This document shows, piece after piece, positions 26,962-32,231 of a DNA stretch of 32,231 nucleotides. The stretch is from IMG/VR virus record IMGVR_UViG_3300020044_004975, positions 1-32,231 of that record; one strand, 5' to 3'. The first letter of the stretch is position 1. The number at the start of each line of letters is the position of its first letter. The position numbers and the translations under genes are program-made. The DNA comes from a virus. Lineage: Duplodnaviria > Caudoviricetes. Below the pieces are notes generated by a model. The model saw only the letters and a program-made list of their open reading frames with translations. It ran no database searches and was not told the origin of the DNA.

Positions 26962-27407
26962 ATAGACATCTCGTTAGGAAGAATAATATCTAATGTCATT
27001 GCCCATCCTGCTAGAAGGTTTTCGAATCTCTCCGTAAAAGGTTCGCAGGAAGCATTTCCCACTATCTCTAGTCTATCATTAAGCTCTCCTCTTCGAAGTA
27101 ACTCAGCTACTCTAATTAAGATAATAGAAGTAGTATTTAGTACTTCCTGCTCATTATCATTTCCTCTAAATCTATCAGTAGTTTCACTCTGCGAAATATC
27201 TACTACATCCATCGCCATAATCGTAACGTTAAATCGGAGAATATTCGATTCAGGTGACATATTATTGACAATTATATGCACTAAAGGGAAAAGAGTTTGT
27301 TTATAGTTATCTATATCATCTAGGCTTCCAGTAGTAATAGAAGTTACTAAAGGAATATCCTCAAAAGCTTCTCTTAAGGTATCAATTAAATAGGTGTATG
27401 CTTTCAT
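26955..27407 (-). CDS. Putative tail terminator protein
   Basis: FPLVHI and EPFTERFEN-x-LAGW motifs; size and context fit. Confidence 0.55.
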   Translation of the reverse strand: MKAYTYLIDTLREAFEDIPLVTSITTGSLDDIDNYKQTLFPLVHIIVNNMSPESNILRFNVTIMAMDVVDISQSETTDRFRGNDNEQEVLNTTSIILIRVAELLRRGELNDRLEIVGNASCEPFTERFENLLAGWAMTLDIILPNEMSIC

Positions 27408-27682
27408 ATTTTAGCTCTTCTTCTTATTTCGTTTACTTCTATTGTACTCTTTTCTTTCTCAAATGTTAAAAAGGTTAGTGCTTGATGAAGGGAAAGTTTA
27501 GTGACTTCATCGAATTTTGTAACATCTCCTTTTGCTGCTGCATATATTGAGCTATACCATCCCCACCGCTCTCCAAATTGAGTTCTTTCGCTATAATCTC
27601 CAACTCCTCCTGATTCATCTCCTTCATCTGCTCCTGCAAAAAGTCCATCGTACCTTCTAATAATTCGCTTCCTAAATTCCAA
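27404..27682 (-). CDS. -1 frameshift extension of the tail assembly chaperone (gpT-like)
   Basis: The ORF opens at a T9 run, lacks an ATG, and abuts the next gene with an ATGA overlap. Confidence 0.75.
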   Translation of the reverse strand: MEFRKRIIRRYDGLFAGADEGDESGGVGDYSERTQFGERWGWYSSIYAAAKGDVTKFDEVTKLSLHQALTFLTFEKEKSTIEVNEIRRRAKI

Positions 27683-28173
27683 AAAAAAACATTCGCTGAG
27701 ATTGCTACATTTAACGGCATCGCTTTCATTACTTCAGCGTAGTTTATACTTGATTCGTACTCCTCTATATCGTATCTCTCTCCTTTGGTCTTAGTAATAG
27801 GTCTGAATAATACTGCCATCGCATTGTGCATAGTTGACCAGTCGCTCATATACTTTTCAGCATCCATATATTCTCCCCATGACATAGATTCTAAGTGAGG
27901 AATAAAACCGAATTCAGTACCTGCTAGTTTAAACCTATGAATCAACGTTTGGTCATAAGCTTCAAACATCTTAGTAAACTTATCCGTTAACTCTATAACT
28001 GAATTTACTTCTAACTTTAGAACTGCTGATAAAGGAATCTTACAAAGTACGGAAATCATCTTTTTAGCAGAGATCTCTTGCTCATCATTAGGGTTACTTA
28101 TCTTCATCAGATACTGATACTGCTCTAGAGTTATCTCTGATAAATCAGTAGGGATATATAATTTCGCTTCCAT
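27475..28173 (-). CDS. Tail assembly chaperone (gpG-like)
   Basis: EITLEQY, FGFIP-x-L, GEYMD and AVLFRP motifs; contains the slippery GTT TTT TTT TGG. Confidence 0.7.
   Translation of the reverse strand: MEAKLYIPTDLSEITLEQYQYLMKISNPNDEQEISAKKMISVLCKIPLSAVLKLEVNSVIELTDKFTKMFEAYDQTLIHRFKLAGTEFGFIPHLESMSWGEYMDAEKYMSDWSTMHNAMAVLFRPITKTKGERYDIEEYESSINYAEVMKAMPLNVAISANVFFWNLGSELLEGTMDFLQEQMKEMNQEELEIIAKELNLESGGDGIAQYMQQQKEMLQNSMKSLNFPFIKH
27681..27689 (-). other. Programmed -1 ribosomal frameshift site (T9)
   Basis: T TTT TTT heptamer in the correct phase; joins the two ORFs into a ~256-aa product. Confidence 0.75.
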
Positions 28174-28182
28174 TCTATTTAA

Positions 28183-28207
28183 TAACTTTTTTTAATTAAT
28201 ATGTACT
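28183..28207 (-). promoter_or_regulatory. Putative late promoter AGTACAT-N13-AGTTA
   Basis: ACA and AGTTA at the conserved spacing; 9 nt before ATG. Confidence 0.6.
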
Positions 28208-28214
28208 ACCTTGC

Positions 28215-28222
28215 TATATTTG
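28215..28222 (+). promoter_or_regulatory. Bacteroidota -7 box (TATATTTG) facing the plus strand
   Basis: Same 8-mer as the early promoters, 5 nt upstream of the sRNA hairpin; no clear -33 TTTG seen. Confidence 0.6.
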
Positions 28223-28227
28223 TAACT

Positions 28228-28286
28228 GCTTATGTTCTCATAATAAGTTTTAGGTTTTAAGGGGATTCTTCGGAGTCCCTTTTTTT
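28228..28286 (+). ncRNA. Putative trans-acting antisense small RNA (~60 nt)
   Basis: Hairpin GCUUAU[GUUCUCAUA]AUAAGU, linker UUUAGGUUUUAA, then a terminator; complementary to early-gene start regions. Confidence 0.7.
28259..28286 (+). terminator. Plus-strand intrinsic terminator with a C(UUCG)G tetraloop
   Basis: GGGGATTC-TTCG-GAGTCCCT then a T-run; the G-U pairs, UUCG loop and U-tract all fit only the plus strand. Confidence 0.8.
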
Positions 28287-29427
28287 ATCTGATATGATAC
28301 GTTCCTCTATTGGGATTTCCTAGTGCTTTAGTAATAAAATATCTCGATGCATCTATTCCGTGATTCCATTTATCCTCAGGTATGCTCTTATTAGTTTTTT
28401 CAATCCAGGAATAGTTTTGAAACTCTTTAATCAGGTTCTTAGAATCCTTATCTATTACTATCTTATACTCATTCATTAAAGATATACCTGCAGTTACGCT
28501 ACCTGCTCCCTTCTCTGCTTCTACGATATTTAATCCTCTTTGCCTAAGCTCTGATATTAATCTAGGTTCTGCAGAATCAGCTACTATCAGTTCTTTATCT
28601 GCGTACTGCCTATTATAGTCGTACAAATGTCCTGTATTTAATCCTACTTCAAAGAAGCACTCCTTTAGATAGATTTCCTTTCGCTTTCTATTTATACCTA
28701 CCTTAATTAAGGTGCTAGGGTCATTAGAGAATCCGAAATCTTGTCCGAACCCTGTTATCTCTCCATCCCTATAATCTCCTATCTCAAAGTTGCTAAAGAT
28801 AGCTCCTGTAGGTTGCGCCCTCTCTCCAGTTCCGTATACTTTCCACCAATAAGAGTTATTTTTCTTACTCTCTATATCTTCTATCTGAGCAGTAGTTAAG
28901 TGAGGATTATCCCTATAGGTTGTAATGATAGGAGGATTCTTCTCAATGTATTTATCTAACCAATGTTCAGAAGGCATCGCAGGATTAAAATCAGCTATTA
29001 TTCGATGTCTAGTTCTAGGAAAAAGTTGGTCTATAGTTTCTTCAGGGAACTGATTCGCTTCATTTATCCATAAGATATCTCTACTCCTTCCGTGTATTTT
29101 ATCAGGGTTATCTGCTCCGTAATAAGATATAAGATTTCCGAATAGATTAAACTGATGGTCTGTTTTATTATGAAGGTTTGAATTATATAGATTATGCTTT
29201 ACAAGTACATCATAGAAATCCTTCCAAGCAGTAGCTTTAAGAGCAGTAAAAGTATCTCTCACTATATCTATCTCTAGTCCTGCATTTTTATACTCTTTAC
29301 AAAACCAAATTAAGTAATAGATAGTAGAATAAGTTTTACCTGATCTAGTCCCTCCCTGTAGGAGAGTAATCCTATTCTTAGGTACATTATTTTTTAAGTA
29401 AGTAAAGTTAGGATTCGCTTTCTCCAT
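28285..29427 (-). CDS. terL: Terminase large subunit (PBSX-like)
   Basis: Walker A GGTRSGKT, Walker B WINEA, DFNP; nuclease motifs DFGF, DSAEP and NHGIDA. Confidence 0.95.
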   Translation of the reverse strand: MEKANPNFTYLKNNVPKNRITLLQGGTRSGKTYSTIYYLIWFCKEYKNAGLEIDIVRDTFTALKATAWKDFYDVLVKHNLYNSNLHNKTDHQFNLFGNLISYYGADNPDKIHGRSRDILWINEANQFPEETIDQLFPRTRHRIIADFNPAMPSEHWLDKYIEKNPPIITTYRDNPHLTTAQIEDIESKKNNSYWWKVYGTGERAQPTGAIFSNFEIGDYRDGEITGFGQDFGFSNDPSTLIKVGINRKRKEIYLKECFFEVGLNTGHLYDYNRQYADKELIVADSAEPRLISELRQRGLNIVEAEKGAGSVTAGISLMNEYKIVIDKDSKNLIKEFQNYSWIEKTNKSIPEDKWNHGIDASRYFITKALGNPNRGTYHIR

Positions 29428-29755
29428 CCTTTAACCATTCAGGAAGATTTATATCTATATTAGTTTGTTCTATTTGCTGAACAGGAGAACCATAAGCCGA
29501 ATCCATTAGAGCTTTATATGCATTAACATTTCCATTTTTAGCTTCTAAAACCATTTTAATACTTATTAACTGCTCCTGAGATAATTTCTCTATAACTTCA
29601 GTAATATCATTCTTAGAGTTCTCTAAAATGTTTAAAGCCCATTTTGCATCTGTAGATCTATTACGCACTCCTTTAGGATAACCTGCAGGATTTCCACTTT
29701 GTCCTTTCTTAAATAATTTAGCTCCTTTAGGAACTTCTCCTTTCTTAAATGGCAT
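29408..29755 (-). CDS. terS: Terminase small subunit
   Basis: FKKGQSGNPAG-x-PKG motif; immediately upstream of terL. Confidence 0.75.
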   Translation of the reverse strand: MPFKKGEVPKGAKLFKKGQSGNPAGYPKGVRNRSTDAKWALNILENSKNDITEVIEKLSQEQLISIKMVLEAKNGNVNAYKALMDSAYGSPVQQIEQTNIDINLPEWLKDGESES

Positions 29756-29774
29756 ATCTGCTATATTTCTGCTA

Positions 29775-30206
29775 TTAAAATAATCTTCCTATTCCCTCTA
29801 GAGCTTTAACTACATCAGGATTATTATCGTAATGTACTGATATATTAAGCTCCTTTACTTTAGCTACTTTAGCTTCATTACTTCCTGTAGCATATACTCT
29901 CGATTCAGGTATTCCTAACTTCTCAGCAGTAGATAGCATTCCTTCTTTACTATCTCTAGCACTAATTATATAGAGTACTGCTCCATCTGATATAAGTGAT
30001 TCTGCTCTTTGCTTTCCTCTTTCTGTAGATAGAGTACCATCGTAATCAAAAGATATCTTCTCTCCTGCTAATTTTGTTCTATAGGCATCATAACAAATAG
30101 CTGATCTCTGGTCTTCCTTGTATTCGGATTTCATCTTTTCGTCACTCATACATCTCTGCATAAAGTCAGACTGCTTTTCTCCTGCGTTAGGCTTTGGTAT
30201 CGGCAT
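29775..30206 (-). CDS. Fusion: small MPIPKP...RCM...AICY domain plus HAD-like phosphatase
   Basis: HAD motifs FDYDGTL, ISAR, K and HYDNN after a ~45-aa N-terminal domain. Confidence 0.75.
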   Translation of the reverse strand: MPIPKPNAGEKQSDFMQRCMSDEKMKSEYKEDQRSAICYDAYRTKLAGEKISFDYDGTLSTERGKQRAESLISDGAVLYIISARDSKEGMLSTAEKLGIPESRVYATGSNEAKVAKVKELNISVHYDNNPDVVKALEGIGRLF

Positions 30207-30627
30207 CTTTATATGTATTATATACGTTAGTTAGTTTCTGCATAAATTCCCTCCAACATGAAGCACAAGTAGTAGATTCTTCTTTTCGGTTAAAGATTCT
30301 ATTATACATCTTCAAGAATACCATAGCTTCAGAAGGTTTAATTCTATCCGTATTTCTATCGTACCATTCTTTGAAAAATAAGTACTCTTCTTCTAGCATA
30401 CAATTAACTTTTTTGTATGGAAATAGTTCATTTAGCTTCTGCTTTCTTTCATCGCATCCACAATCTTCTCCTACCATCCATTTAACTAGCTTCTTTATTC
30501 CTGTAGCTTCAGTTATCTTCTCTATTGTATCTCCTAATCCTTCTGAAGGAGCAGTAGTATAAACTTTCTCTGCATTCGCTTTTTCTAGCTCTGCTTTAGT
30601 TCTTCTTTTTCTTTTTGGCTTTTCCAT
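30187..30627 (-). CDS. Cys-containing phage protein
   Basis: GLGDTIEKIT-x-ATGI, DCGC-x-x-R and CASC motifs. Confidence 0.7.
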   Translation of the reverse strand: MEKPKRKRRTKAELEKANAEKVYTTAPSEGLGDTIEKITEATGIKKLVKWMVGEDCGCDERKQKLNELFPYKKVNCMLEEEYLFFKEWYDRNTDRIKPSEAMVFLKMYNRIFNRKEESTTCASCWREFMQKLTNVYNTYKDADTKA

Positions 30628-30638
30628 TTCTCCAGTTA

Positions 30639-31172
30639 TTAAATTCGTTCATACTCTTCGTTTTTAAGATCTATAAAATCTTCTTCTATTTCATTCTTTA
30701 TTCTTCCTTTACAATTCTTCAAAGTATTAAAGATAGATTTCAGCGAAATGTTAGTTCCTTTAGCTAGAGTTCTCATACTTTGCCCTTCCTGAACATGGAG
30801 TTCAAATAGTATCTTATCGTAAGTATGCCATCTATCTACTTCTTCTTCTATCTTCTCCTGAATAGTATTTAAGGCTTTATGATAGGTTATATCTAGTTCT
30901 TCTGAGCTTAGAGTAAGTACTGAATCTATATCTACTTTTTGAACTTTTGATTTCTGCTTTTCGTAGGTTATGAAAGTATTCTTTAGAATCCTCCAAATGT
31001 AAGCTACATTAGGTTCTCCGTTTATTATTACTTTATCTCCTGCATTAGAGTTGTGAATTCGAACGTACATCTCCTGTACGATATCTTCTGCGTAGTTATG
31101 CTCTCCAAAGTTCTTTACTATAGATACCCACTCTTTGTGATGCTTTACTAGAATATTAGACCAATCTTTCAC
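30639..31172 (-). CDS. ECF-type RNA polymerase sigma factor
   Basis: Region 2 AEDIVQE-x-Y, region 4 HTH SMRTLAKGTNISLKSIFNTL; 177 aa; GTG start. Confidence 0.85.
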   Translation of the reverse strand: MKDWSNILVKHHKEWVSIVKNFGEHNYAEDIVQEMYVRIHNSNAGDKVIINGEPNVAYIWRILKNTFITYEKQKSKVQKVDIDSVLTLSSEELDITYHKALNTIQEKIEEEVDRWHTYDKILFELHVQEGQSMRTLAKGTNISLKSIFNTLKNCKGRIKNEIEEDFIDLKNEEYERI

Positions 31173-31189
31173 ATTGTTTATATTTCCGT

Positions 31190-31197
31190 CAAATATA
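31190..31197 (-). promoter_or_regulatory. Bacteroidota -7 box (TATATTTG) for the sigma-terminase operon
   Basis: Consensus match 17 nt before the GTG start and just downstream of a terminator. Confidence 0.7.
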
Positions 31198-31228
31198 CGA
31201 TTATATTTTAATCAATTATTTTAAGGTT

Positions 31229-31257
31229 AAAAAAAACTCCTAGCGTGAACTAGGAGC
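31229..31257 (-). terminator. Intrinsic terminator
   Basis: CTCCTAG/CTAGGAG stem followed by T8. Confidence 0.85.
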
Positions 31258-31449
31258 TGATTTACTTACATAATTATCTAGCTTCTTTAGAGTTTCAATC
31301 GAAATAGGTTTCTTATTTAAGAATCGATCAATATGATACTGATGCATTTTATATCCTAAATTCTTTATCTCAGTTACTATTTGATTTCTGCTCTTTGTAA
31401 GTAGGATAACTTTAAGCTCTTTTCTTAACAAGTCATCGTTTATATACAT
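31240..31449 (-). CDS. Small Cro/CI-like HTH protein
   Basis: SRNQIV...HQYHIDRFLNKKPISIETLKKL pattern. Confidence 0.6.
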   Translation of the reverse strand: MYINDDLLRKELKVILLTKSRNQIVTEIKNLGYKMHQYHIDRFLNKKPISIETLKKLDNYVSKSAPSSR

Positions 31450-31471
31450 AGCTTAAAATGGAATACTTGTT

Positions 31472-32230
31472 CTATTCATTATTTTTTAATTTATTTGATT
31501 TGATTGACAAGTCTTTTTCGAAGTTTATTTTTGATTCTTTCAACTTTTGAAAGATTTGAAGGATTGAAAGTTCCGCAATATTGCGATCAATTTGAGGTCC
31601 GCAAACCTCGTCAATTGAGGAATTCTTGATCAAGGAAAGAATTGAATTCGCCTCTTTTTTGATTTTGAAGTCAACAAGATCGGATTTTGATTTTTCTTGC
31701 AATTGTTTTAAAACATTATTTTTCGCGAGTTCTTGAATCTTTCCCGGATCTTCAGGATTCAAATGAAATAACTTTTTCAATGAATTCAAGATCACTCTTG
31801 GAGGAATCAACGAGAAATCAAGTCGTCCGGTTGATTCAAAGATCCTCCACAAAGGAAGAATCTCTTCGATCAAGAATTCCGCTTCAATCGTTTTCTTTTT
31901 CGATTCCGAGACAAAGCCTCGAGACTCTTGAGAAAGTTCTTCTTGTGCCTTAATTAGCGACTTGAGAGCCGGAATTCTCCTTGTTTCGTAGGCCTTCAAG
32001 ATCTGACAAAGATAAAAAGAGGAAAAAGATTGAAAGTGATTGACGGGGATATCAAGTTCACCTTTGACCGCCAATCGGAAGGCGACCACGATCTCGGAAG
32101 GCGAAAATCTTCCAAGTTCCGAAATAATAAATTCAATAAGAACTGCCTTCTCGGATTCTCCGGGTATGTTTTGAGCCTTGATCCCGATAAGCGCGAAAAC
32201 ATATCGAAGAGATTTTTTGACTTCTTCTTC
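31472..32230 (-). CDS. Partial ORF from a compositionally different source, possibly replication-associated
   Basis: Frame is open to the window end (EEEVKKSLRYVFALIG...EIVVAFRLAVKGEL); TC/GA-rich and TA-poor, unlike the core. Confidence 0.55.
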   Translation of the reverse strand, partial: EEEVKKSLRYVFALIGIKAQNIPGESEKAVLIEFIISELGRFSPSEIVVAFRLAVKGELDIPVNHFQSFSSFYLCQILKAYETRRIPALKSLIKAQEELSQESRGFVSESKKKTIEAEFLIEEILPLWRIFESTGRLDFSLIPPRVILNSLKKLFHLNPEDPGKIQELAKNNVLKQLQEKSKSDLVDFKIKKEANSILSLIKNSSIDEVCGPQIDRNIAELSILQIFQKLKESKINFEKDLSIKSNKLKNNE

Positions 32231-32231
32231 G

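Larger units (their letters stand above)
1655..31470 (-). mobile_element. Near-complete tailed phage genome (siphovirus-like, Bacteroidota host inferred)
   Basis: Dense co-oriented ORFs covering terminase, portal, protease, scaffold, capsid, tail tube, tape measure, holin/endolysin, replication and recombination genes. TAnnTTTG promoter boxes point to a Bacteroidota host. Boundaries are approximate, set from composition shifts and broken genes. Confidence 0.9.

Noticed and set aside
28230-28260. Minus-strand minigene ATG AGA ACA TAA (M-R-T-stop) with an erf-like leader
   Set aside because: It is the mirror image of the sRNA. The promoter box, UUCG loop, G-U pairs and U-tract all favour a plus-strand RNA. 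A minigene or decayed gene start remains the main alternative.
1655-31470. Stop-codon reassignment suggested by abundant TAG trinucleotides
   Set aside because: Genes are full length and tile tightly under the standard code, and TAG serves as a normal stop.
1655-31470. Integrated prophage with att sites
   Set aside because: No integrase, no direct repeat seen at the two junctions, and the flanks look viral rather than chromosomal.
2157-31953. Plus-strand ORFs in the track (2157, 7323, 8039, 21088, 21678, 26462, 30194, 31687)
   Set aside because: They are antisense shadows of well-supported minus-strand genes, with no motifs of their own.

Overview
About 29.8 kb of this window (~1655-31470) is a near-complete genome of a small siphovirus-like tailed phage, with every protein gene on the minus strand. 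A Bacteroidota host is inferred from repeated TAnnTTTG (-7) promoters. The early region has an exonuclease, ERF, NinG, a C5-methyltransferase, a DnaB-like helicase, a replication initiator with internal iterons and many tiny ORFs. A middle block encodes an ECF-type sigma factor, a HAD fusion protein and the terminase. The late region, in rearranged order, has a frameshifted tail chaperone, tail proteins, tape measure, XkdF-type protease, scaffold, capsid, tail tube, a portal with a MuF-like extension, and lysis genes. No integrase, tRNA or CRISPR array was seen. Both flanks (1-~1655 and ~31470-32231) look like unrelated DNA, probably assembly chimeras. The most notable signal is the only plus-strand unit in the phage core: a ~60-nt putative antisense RNA (28228-28286) with its own promoter box and a UUCG terminator. 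Its hairpin loop and linker are complementary to the start-codon regions of about eight early genes. Other signals are four phased ECF-like late promoters that appear to give near-leaderless mRNAs, a kissing-loop leader before the replication module, a shared (V/T/A)-x-L-(S/A) motif in head proteins and candidate capsid cargo, and strong TA/CTAG enrichment. All calls come from reading motifs by eye; no database search or folding program was run.
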